Source: Macrostomum lignano
Lineage: Eukaryota
Direction of reading: 5' to 3'
Length of the DNA stretch: 62,271 bases
NCBI GenBank assembly: GCA_002269645.1
Contig: NIVC01004058.1
Span: forward strand, 1-62,271
Within the stretch, counting starts at the first letter, position 1. Each line of letters begins with the position of its first letter. Shown here in pieces: positions 1-10,164 of this stretch. Both the position numbers and the translations under genes were made by a program. The notes below the pieces were generated by a model that made no database searches, was not told where the DNA came from, and saw nothing but the letters and a program-made list of their open reading frames with translations.

Positions 1-725
1 TTGGAATGAGATCGAGAGTTAGGATAATCTGATCTCTTTGAAGCGAGATTTATAGAGTCTCACAGTTAATTGAGTGAGATATACAAGAAAATCACAGTTG
101 GTTGAGTAAGATCTACAATAATCTCACAGATAGTTGAGTAACTTGAGTGCGATCTACATTTTTTTTTATTGAGGCAGGGGGGTTGTGTGCACCCTGGCGC
201 ACTTTAAGCGACATTGTCACACAACCGGCGAAGGCATTACTGCCCATTCCGCCGACTCCCCTGAGCAGGCATGCGCGCGGATACGTACGCAGGCACACAC
301 TCACACAGGATTGTACAGCGGCCCTAACTTTTTATTTTATCGTTAGGCATGTACACTTCACTGCGCCTTGGGGGGTTGGCCCTCAAGGCCGTTAATTGCA
401 CGAGCAGAGCCAAGCCGAGATTCCAATTCAGCCCCAAATTAATGTGACTGCACTTGGAATCGAGCCTGGGTCGCTGGCACACCAGAGCAGCTGCGCTACC
501 GCTGGGCTACGGCCCCTGAGTGCAATCTACAAGAATCTCACAGTTAGTTGAGTAACTTGAGTAAGATCTACAAGAATCTCACAGTTAGTTGAGTAACTTG
601 AGTAAGATCTACAAGAATCTCACAGTTAGTTGAGTAACTTGAGTAAGATCTACAAGAATCTCACAGTTAGTTGAGTAACTTGAGTAAGATCTACAAGAAT
701 CTCACAGTTAGTTGAGTGAGATCTA
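1..725. repeat. 41-nt minisatellite array in RABGGTA intron 1, interrupted by a SINE
   Basis: Unit GAGTAACTTGAGTAAGATCTACAAGAATCTCACAGTTAGTT. About 5 clean copies at 530-725 and more degenerate copies at 1-157. Confidence 0.9.
158..516 (-). mobile_element. tRNA-derived SINE, family A, full length
   Basis: The reverse strand begins GGGGCCGTAGCCCAGCGGTAG (A box) ... GGCTCGATTCC (B box) and ends in poly(A). It is flanked by a 14-bp TSD TGAGTGC(G/A)ATCTAC (144-157, 517-530). A closely similar copy lies at 45358-45714. Confidence 0.9.
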
Positions 726-1011
726 CAAGAATCACCCTTTCAAAAAAACAAGATTCTCGCTCTGAATGGAGCAACTCCCATCTCTTTTAAGTGAGAGTTA
801 GGACAACCGCACTTAGTTGTTGAGAGATCTTCGAAAAACGACGAAAAAGTGATATGTGAGAAACACATCTATCTATGAGAATCTCACCCAATCGGGAGTG
901 AGGATTAGGATAGGTAAATCTCACCTCAGTAGCGAGAATCACAAGATGACAAAGTGAATTTCTACTAGCTCACATTTAACTTCAATACAGCTGGATAAGA
1001 AAATTGAATAC

Positions 1012-1221
1012 CTGAAGTAGAGCCTGTGTCACTCGCAGAAGTTGTTCCCGATTTTTGCGCCTTTCATCTGCTTCTAAGCCGGCCAGAGAATCTTGGCACA
1101 ACTGTCTCAGCCGCATTGCATCATCCATAGCTGCTCGATATTCAATCACTTTGGCTGCACGCTCTTTAGCCTTAGCGGCTCGTTGCTCTTCTGTTGTGCG
1201 AACTCGGGGTCTGCCATGCAT
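1012..1221 (-). CDS. RABGGTA: Rab geranylgeranyltransferase alpha subunit, first coding exon; the rest of the gene lies left of the window
   Basis: MHGRPRVRTTEEQRAAKAKERAAK matches the conserved RABGGTA/BET4 N-terminus (MHGRLKVKTSEEQ...). Phase-0 donor CAG|GTATTC at 1011; acceptor TTTCAG 7 nt upstream of the ATG. Confidence 0.8.
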
Positions 1222-2639
1222 GGCTGGTCTGAAATCAGTGACAAATATCTGCCCTTAAAATACTTAGGACCTGGACATTTAGGCAATGGAAACAAGCATA
1301 CTCAGTAACATGTTGAAGTTTCCACGCTAAAACCAGTGGCTAACAAGTGACAGTGTTAATTCAACTCTAGATATAACTCTTTACTCTCTCTTCACCAGCC
1401 TAAGCTGGCATGGGGCCTTGTGATTCAAATTGCATTACCTACAGTTGAAAAATTTACAAGTAATGGTATGAATTATGAGTATATCAGTTGGTGCTAAGAT
1501 CTAAATATATTAAATGCTCAGCTATATTGCATTTTCTTAGTAATAGGATGGGATTCATTCTTTTTCATTTTGGGCAATATTATAACCTTTAATTATAATT
1601 ATCGAGATGGAGCTTTGGGATCAAATAATATTGGGATCTTATTCAAACATTACCTAGTATAGTTATTTTATAACCTTAATCCTCCAATGGCATATTTTGT
1701 TATTCTTGTTTAATTATATTAATAATTATAGGTAAGGTGTTTTCCCTTATTAAAGCTAAATATACATTATGAAATATCAGTAACTAGGTAGCTATATATC
1801 ATTATATGTATGCCTATATTATATAGATTTATATCTTTAAAATACCTGTCTCAAAAAATTATCTACTATATAGGTAATAGGCCTACATATATTAGTATAT
1901 TATATATGCCTAATATTATATTAGTGAAGGCCTTAGTGATCGTGTAATTTAAAGACTATAAGTTTAAGATTAGTTAATAAATTAAAATAGAGCATGGTGC
2001 ATACATTTTAGGCCTACTATTACTTGAAACAAAAAAAATAGTTAAACTTATATTTTGATATATTAAAAGGCCTGAGCCTATAACATTGGCCTACTATAAT
2101 ATAGGCCTAGCCTTAGAATAAGTCATAGTGTATGGCTCTATGAGCCTATACTCTACAGTCTACTCCCACTCACAGTGCAAGCAGGCACATAGCTAGCCAG
2201 GAAGCCAGGCCCATACTTTAAAAAACTGGAAAAACTTCAAAAGGAATTTCTTGACTCAACAGCTACTGAGCTACTAGATACAGCATTGGAGTCTAGTCTA
2301 GACATAGACACACTACAAAATAACTAATCTACCTGGCTACCTCGACTATAAAAATATAGTTTCAACCTCAGTGAATCACTAGTGAGATCGTGATGTGATT
2401 TATGTCTCTGATTTATGGAGTTTTCTCTATTCTCAGAAAATATACAAATTAAATTCAATCCACTAATGCAAAAGAATAAATCAAACAATTACTTTCTTAG
2501 AACTTAGATAAATTAATTGATTTCTAATAATTTAATTGATTTCTTTAACTAATTCTATGAATATCAAAAAGAAAGAGTTAAACATATGAAAACGTAATTT
2601 TTCTATTTCTTCCTTTTAGCGTATACTTTCTTAGATATC

Positions 2640-2900
2640 GTTACCCCCCATCCACGCAGCCTATAGCGCGCGCGTGCGTGAAGTGATCTTTCTGGCCGTG
2701 GCAATTTTGCAATCAAGCTATTTACGCTTAGAAAAGAAATAGCAATCGCGCCTTTAGCGGCTGATTAGAAAAAAAACACGTGGCTTATGTGGTATTATAA
2801 CCTAATAAGAATTTGGTCGTGTCTTGACTATGCCTTAAATAATTATAAATCACTGGGCTAAGTAAATGAAACAAAGCCTATCAAATTAACACACCCACGT
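2640..2900. promoter_or_regulatory. Candidate bidirectional promoter patch between divergent RABGGTA and NOL12
   Basis: CpG-containing patch (GCGCGCGCGTGCGTG, E-box CACGTG near 2777) inside an otherwise AT-rich, CpG-poor 3.7-kb spacer between head-to-head genes. Confidence 0.35.
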
Positions 2901-3389
2901 TGTGATTAGGCCTATTAGGCTATAAATGAGCTCTAGTCTAGGTTTGCGGCGTTTGTCTTAGTTTTTTCGACCTTTTTTGTGCATTCAGTTAAAAGATTTT
3001 GTTGAGCTGATGATTCTGAAATCTAAATTATCTAATATAATAGGCCTAGGTAGTTTAGTATTACCAAAGGAGCATATTTTGTTCAACTAGGCCTATATAT
3101 ATTTTACTGATTTATGTCTGATTTATGTTTATATTCACTTTATAGAAAATTGAATACTAAATCCAAAAAGTGTTCTATTTTGAGCATAGGCTAAGTGGCA
3201 CATGACATGACTAAGACTGCTACACACCAAGACCTTTGGCCTGGGCAAGGAGAGACAGCATTTCTCGCGTAGCAAAGATGATGTGCCAATAACCATATTA
3301 AGATTTGCAGAATGTGGGACAGTGTGACAGTGAGAAACTAGCTAAATATCAATAAAAATGATAATCCTCTAAGAGACAGAGTGTGAGAT

Positions 3390-3398
3390 TAGAGGGAA

Positions 3399-3437
<39 letters not shown>

Positions 3438-3490
3438 TATATAGAGAGAAAAAGGGAACAGATAGAGATTAAGAGAGAAGAGAAACGGAG
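3390..3490. repeat. (GA)n microsatellite
   Basis: Imperfect AGAG run visible directly. Confidence 0.85.
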
Positions 3491-4930
3491 AAATGAAAAT
3501 GTTCTTGAAATGAACAAAAACATCTAAACATTGTACATGTACAAGTGTGTAATGTATTCAGTATACCAGTATTTTTTTAGAACAAAATAATTGCAATGCT
3601 TTCTATTATAATGCGTAAAAAACTTGGTGCTATAAATTTGTTATTCTTGCATTTGTTTTTCATTGCTTTCTTTTTTATTTTAGGCGCTACCAGGTTTACT
3701 GCTTATGCAATATATGTCTGTTGCCAAAGTAATCTAAATGTGTCACCAAAGTGACTGTCGCTGAAGTGACTTGTCGCCGCCAAAGTGACTATTGCCGAAG
3801 TGACCTGTTGCCGAAGTGATTGGTGACCCTATTGATAATGTCCATTTTTCTTTTGTAAAGCCTATCTATTTATTATTGAATAGGCCTAGGCCTTTATTGT
3901 TAATCTTTAATTTCATGTTTAGATAAGCATTTTTTTATTTTTTAATGATAGGGCCTAGGTCTAAGCCTACTTTTGTAGCCTAACTAGCCCCTCCCCCCCT
4001 AACAGCAACATAGGGCCTATCTCATTGTATAGGCCTAGGCCTATTAAATTTTAAAACTTAAAAGGCCTACAATATTTTCCTAGTCTTAGGCCCATTAGTA
4101 TTAATTAGGCCTAGTATTAGCCTATTAGGCTAAGCCTAGGTCTATTATTTATCTGCTTAGGCCTATAAAAGTTAATACTTGTAGTATTGCAAGAAAAGCC
4201 CAGGCCTAGACTAGACCTAGCCCTAGGCCTAGCTTAGCTTTCAGTTTCATTTAAGCTTTTACTTTGGTGATAAAACAAGGTGACCACAAGCCACACTCTG
4301 GATCATATAGTATATGCCCAAAATTTGGGTGTGCATTGGCCTCGTACGCCAAAAGTAGACGTGCACAGTTGGCATGCATCACTCCTAAGAAAATAGTGTA
4401 TGTGCATACCTGGCATGCACTTATAGAATCATGCAGAATTATTTGTGAATTAGAAAAAAATATGAAGAAAGTTAATGAGAAAAGATTCAGCTTTTTCTGA
4501 TCTTCAGCCTTTTTTAAAATTTGCTAAGCATATTTTATATAAGGACATAGATATTCTCCTAGTTATAAATGTTCTTTGTCCTTTACCTTTATTATTCAAA
4601 TGCCATAATTTGCTTTTTAGCCTTAATTTTTTAGCAAAAAGGGGACCCGAGAAGACCAAATAAAGTGATCTAACAAGATTCTTAATGTCTTCAATTTCAA
4701 GATCTTACAAAGTCCAAAATGTTTTCTTTTTTGAGTCTGAGACAGTCTGGAATTGGTAAAATAGGATAAAAGTAGTGTGATTTAATGGGTGTACCAGAGG
4801 CAATTATAATAGCTGTAAAATGTACTTCCAATCCTAAAATCTTTGATCTCATCTGACATCTATGTTTAATTATAGACAATGCTCATAAAAGTTCTCATAG
4901 TGACACTAAAATGCACTGCAGCTTGAAGTC

Positions 4931-6421
4931 ATGACGCGACCTCCATCAAAGCAGAAAAACAAAAAGCCAACCGCCAAGCGCGTCATTCTATTCGACGAGG
5001 CTAAACGAGCTGAATACCTGACCGGATTTCACAAGCGCAAAGTGGAACGGCGCAAGCTGGCCCTGCGCAAGGCGGCGGACGAGTTAAAAGAGGAGAAACG
5101 GTTGCTGAAGGAGCGGCACGAGGCGCTGGTGCTGCAGCGGGCGGGAGTTCTGGCACCGGATATGCAGATGATTGAGTGCCAGCCAGTGACTGAGGAGCTG
5201 CCTGAGCACACTGTCACGGTTACTGAGCTGGACCTGCAGCCTACCGCTGCTGTGAGCTTGCTGTGCTGTTCTTTTTTAATGCTATTTATAGCAAATTAAC
5301 TCTTTAAAAGTAGTTTTTTAAATTTGAAAATCTGACCCAATCAGAATTTGCCCTCCAACCCCTTAAGAATCGCCCTCCAACCCACTAAAGAATCGCCCTC
5401 CAACCCACTAAAGAATCGCCCTCCAACTCACTAAAGAATCGCCCTCCAACCCACTTAAGAATCGCCCTCCAACCCACTAAAGAATCGCCCTCCAACTCAC
5501 TAAAGAATCGCCCTCCAACTCACTAAAAAATCGCCCTCCAACACACTGAAGAATCGCCCTCCAACACACTAAAGTATCGCCCTCCAGCCCACTTGAAAAT
5601 CGCCCTCGAACCCACTAAAAAATCGCCCTTCCATTTTTAAAGAATCGCCCTCCCATTTTTAAAGAATCGCCCTCCCATTTTTAAAGAATCGCCCTCCAAC
5701 CCCTAAAGAATCGCCCTCCCATTTTTAAAGAATCGCCCTCCAACCCACTAAAAAATCGCCCTCCCATTTTTAAAGAATCGCCCTCCAACCCACTAAAAAA
5801 TCGCCCTCCCATTTTTAAAGAATCGCCCTCCAACCCACTAAAAAATCGCCCTCCAATTTTTAAAGAATCGCCCTCCAACCCCTAAAGAATCGCCCTCCCA
5901 TTTTTAAAGAATCGCCCTCCAACCCACTAAAAAATCGCCCTCCAATTTTTAAAGAACCACCCTCCAACCCCTAAAGAATCGCCCTCCCATTTTTAAAGAA
6001 TCGCCCTCCAACCCCTAAAGAATCGCCCTCCAACTCACTGGAGAATTCTCATGTGAAACTTAAAAAGAAGTTTATTATACGGTTAGTAGTATACACATCT
6101 GGTAAGTAGCATGAAAAGTCATTTAATTATTGCCAGTATATATTTTGTTTTCTATTTTAGCCGGCACAACAGTCAGGTCCTTCTCAGCCACTACCAGCAA
6201 TGTGAGCTTGTCAATGCATACCATTTTAAATTTTCCCTAACATGCTACTTTCCAGTAGGCAGTGCGAGAAACTGATCATTGCTCTCGCGTCTCCGGTCCG
6301 CAGATCAAAGAAGAGCTTCAACAAGAAGTTGAAAGACGAATTGAAGATGAAGCCAAACAAGCGAAAGTTTCAAAGAAAATCCAAGAAGAAGACTAAAGGC
6401 AAGAAAAGGTCTAAGAGATAA
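4931..6421 (+). CDS. NOL12: Nucleolar protein 12 / Rrp17 family
   Basis: Exons 4931-5251, 6161-6201 and 6304-6421 with GT-AG junctions and consistent phases (0, 2). Contains the family motif FDEAKRAEYLTGFHKRKVERRK and a Lys-rich C-terminus (SKKSFNKKLK...KKRSKR*). Confidence 0.88.
5343..6040. repeat. 23-nt minisatellite in NOL12 intron 1
   Basis: Unit AAAGAATCGCCCTCCAACCCACT with CCCATTTTT variants; about 30 copies. Confidence 0.95.
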
Positions 6422-6741
6422 GCGATGTAATTTTACTTTTAGTAATATCTGCCTTTATCGAGGTTTTGTTCTCTCAAGCATTTTCTTACCTGCTGTCATT
6501 GAAGTTTGTAGCATTGTTACCTGTATATTTTTAAGCCAAAATATAAAGCAAAACTGAACGCGAGATCATTGCGCGTCTGCTCCGTTGTCAGTGATAAAAA
6601 GTTTTCGAGTTAAATGAGCTGAATGATCTTATTCATGAAACAATTTTAGTAATAAAATACGTGAGTATATTTGTAATTTTCGACAAAGAGATTATGTAAA
6701 CTAATGATATTAGTAAATTATTTTCATCTGACTTTCGAGAC

Positions 6742-7202
6742 TTTGTTGCCTCTCTCCCAGCTCATTGGGGCTTGGTTGCCTCTCTCTCTCTCTCCCAGCT
6801 CATTGGGGCTTGGTTGCCTCTCTCTCTCTCCCAGCTCATTGGGGCTTGGTTGCCTCTCTCTCTCTCCCAGCTCATTGGGGCTTGGTTGCCTCTCTCTCTC
6901 TCCCAGCTCATTGGGGCTTGGTTGCCTCTCTCTCTCTCCCAGCTCATTGGGGCTTGGTTGCCTCTCTCTCTCCCAGCTCATTGAGGCTTGGTTGCCTCTC
7001 TCTCCCAGCTCATTGGGGCTTGGTTGCCTCTCTCTCCCAGCTCATTGGGGCTTGGTTGCCTCTCTCTCCCAGCTCATTGGGGCTTGGTTGCCTCTCTCTC
7101 TCCCAGCTCATTGGGGCTTGGTTGCCTCTCTCTCCCAGCTCATTGGGGCTTGGTTGCCTCTCTCTCCCAGCTCATTGGGGCTTGGTTGCCTCTCAGCTCA
7201 TT
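6742..7202. repeat. 33-37-nt minisatellite downstream of NOL12
   Basis: Unit CCCAGCTCATTGGGGCTTGGTTGCC(TC)n with variable TC length; about 13 copies. Confidence 0.95.
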
Positions 7203-8060
7203 AGACACAACATAATGTTAAACTAAATAAGCAATAGTCTAGTTTAAGTTATAATAGTTGAAAGATGGAAAACTGCATTCGGAATTCTTATCAAAAACGG
7301 CTTTGTCTTGCACAAAAACCATGACGCTGATTAAATGAGTATTATAGCTAAGTGAAGCATATTGTACTCGTATGTTCTCCCATCCATCCACTTTCATTTC
7401 CTACCTCATTTTACTTCTTCCTATCTCTCCTATATCATTAACAATTTCTTTAACTAATCTTTCATTTTTTGAAGTGCTTTAGCTAGAATAATGTTACTTA
7501 AACATCGGCTCAAGGCTGATTAGTTGAAGAGGAAAGATCGCAGCTGTGACTTCAATTTTTAGACACTTTTTAGAGAAAAACATTTCCAGGTTTCTGACTT
7601 TAGGCGTCCCTGCATAGGCTTTTTTCCTGAACAGAAGCAACAATGGGACAAAACTGCTTTGCGTGGCTAAAAGGAATCGATTGTAGTGTAGCTAGTGCAG
7701 AAATGGTGGTGCATAGTTGAGTCTGGGATCGAAGACTTCTAGAAGCAAAGGGGATTTGCGGTGCCATTGCTTTGTTTTTGTTTTACAAGCGCGCCAAAAC
7801 AGGGAGTTGAAACAATTGAAATGCTTCCGAGCGTCGTGAAGATGGACACAATTGTCGGTTGTCTCTGGCTTGAGCTGGCTTCTAAGTTGGAGCTTGAGCA
7901 AAGAGGGGGTGAGGCTGCGTCAGTCAGCCTTGTATTGTATGAGGCACCTCAGAGGAATGGGGATGGAGTGAAGCAGCAGATACAACAATTGATGCTGTCT
8001 TTCTGTCCGTCAGTAAGTTTTTTTAAACAAAATTTATCAACTTTTTTCTTGAACTATGAA

Positions 8061-8600
8061 ATCAAAGAAGAACTTCAACAAGAAATTTAAAGACGAATTG
8101 AAGATGAAGCCAAAAAAGCGAAAGTTTCAAAGGAAATCCAAGAAGACTAAATGCAAGAAAAGGCCTAAAAGATAAGCGATGCACTTCTACTTTTAGTAAT
8201 TAGTTGGTTTTTGTCGAAGTTTTATTCTCTCTCGCGCATTTTCTTACCTGCTGTCATTAATTTTTTAGTATTGTTTTTACCTATATATTTAAACCGAATA
8301 AAGCTAAACTGAACGCGAGATCATTGCGTGTTTGGTCTGCTGTCATTGATAAAAAACTTCGAGTGCACAAGCCAGCCTGAATGATCAGATTCTGATTTTA
8401 TTAATAACAATCCGAGCGTATGTAAGTATGTTTGTAATTTTCTATATAGAGATAACGTAGATTCTTTATTTTGGTAAGCTATTTTCATTTAACTTTACGA
8501 GTTGTTTGGTTGTTTGCCTCCCAAATGATTGAGGCTTGGTTGCCTCCGTTTTAGCTCATCAGAGTAGTATTAAAATAGCTCGTAAATACGTAATAATCTA
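8061..8600 (+). pseudogene. Decayed duplicate of the NOL12 last exon, 3' UTR and downstream flank
   Basis: ATCAAAGAAGAACTTCAACAAGAAATTTAAAGACGAATTGAAGATGAAGCCAAAAAAGCG aligns to 6304 onward. The splice acceptor is absent and there are no upstream exons. Similarity continues through the 3' flank. Confidence 0.85.
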
Positions 8601-10164
8601 ATTGAATCGTGGTCGAGTGTCAAGGGCTACTGGCTTATTACTTAGTGGATTAGCCATTATATATTGCTATCTGAAAATGTTGGGCATATACTTCCACTAA
8701 TGTCCGCTAATCTTTGGCAGATTTTTTCTTTGGCGTTAGCGAAACGCCGCTAGTTTTTTTCTTTAAGCGCATCGGTCGGCAAACTTATTTTACCTGAAGG
8801 GCTAGGTAGAGAATCCAGCTCATGACTGCGAGCCAGAGCTGGGGAGAGAGGAAAGGGGAAAAGGATTGAAGAGAGATTGAAGGAGAAAGGAGAGAAGAGA
8901 GCTGAGAAAAGACAAGCCTTAACTAGGCCGGATTGCTATTGTGAAGTTTCTGTTCTTGTGTGTGCCCCGCGGGCCTGAGTTTGCCGACCCCTGCGATTTC
9001 CGAAATATTTGTCTGTTTCGCTAATATTTAGTCCGCTAATTATTACTCTCAGTTTTTAATACGTAGATTCTGTTCAACTGCTATCACAGCAGGCACCGGG
9101 TATGACACATGTATTTGACTGTCAGCTTTGCACTGTTGCGGCCGAGCAAAGTGCAAACAAACTCTCGAAGACTTCACAGCCCACTCTACAAATAATATCG
9201 GTTGTTGCAAAAAATTGGCTAATTTTAATTTTAATCGATAGAGATTTAGTAAAAATAATTATAATAGTTGAGATTCGAAAACTGCATTAGGAGTTCTTAT
9301 CAAAAACAGCTTTGGCTTGCACAACGATCATGACGCTGATAAAATGAATATAATTAAGAGAAGAAAACTGAATGTTCGCCAGTCCACTTTCATTTCTTAC
9401 CTTTACTTTGCTTCTCCCTATCTCTCCTATATCTAGCTAATCCTGTATTTACCTAAGTGCTTAGCAGCTTTAGGTAGAATAATATGACTTAATCATTGAC
9501 TCAACGCTGATTGGCTGAAGAGAATAGGCGCTGGGATTGAATATTTCTAGAAGCAAGGGAGTTCACGACCATGGGATTGTTGCATTTGTTCTGTTTTACA
9601 AGCGCACCAAATATTAGAATCAACAGACAATAGAACTGCCACTGAGAGCCGTGGAGATGGAGACAATTGTGTTGCTTGTAACCAAAACAACGACGGTAAC
9701 TCCACAGCAAATGACTAAATAGTTTGTGATGTGCTTCTGGCTTGAGCTTGGCTCATGGCTTCCTTCTATAGTAGGTGCCTGGACAAGGAGGGGTGAAGCT
9801 GCGTCAGCCAGTCTTGTATTGTATGTGTAGACACGCAATCGCTGCTTTCTGTCAGTCAGGCAGTCAGGCAGTTTTTCAATCTATACAACTATGAAATCGT
9901 CTTGAAGTTGTAGCTGATTCCTTATAAGGGCGTAAATTTCCAAAGACCTTGAACAAGAGGTTAATTGCCTCTTGAGGCTAGAGATGTTTTACACTTATAA
10001 AGAAAAAGTTTTTTTATGGTGTGCAGACCCTTTTGATATATGCAGTTAACAACCTGACTAAAATCATATACTCTTAAATAGCGTTAAGCCACGGGGAGTT
10101 TTTGACAGTTAAATTTTTCCGGGATTTTATTTGCTCCAGCTTCTGGTCATCAACTGCATCTCAG

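Noticed and set aside
3742-3830. Short tandem (GCC)GAAGTGAC repeats resembling DNA-transposon subterminal repeats
   Set aside because: No matching opposite end, TIR or TSD found in the window; too short to classify.
8560-8585. CTGATGAG on the - strand (and CTGATGA at 18930, 28570, 60787) as hammerhead ribozyme or retrozyme cores
   Set aside because: I found no correctly placed GAAA core or stems II/III next to any of them.
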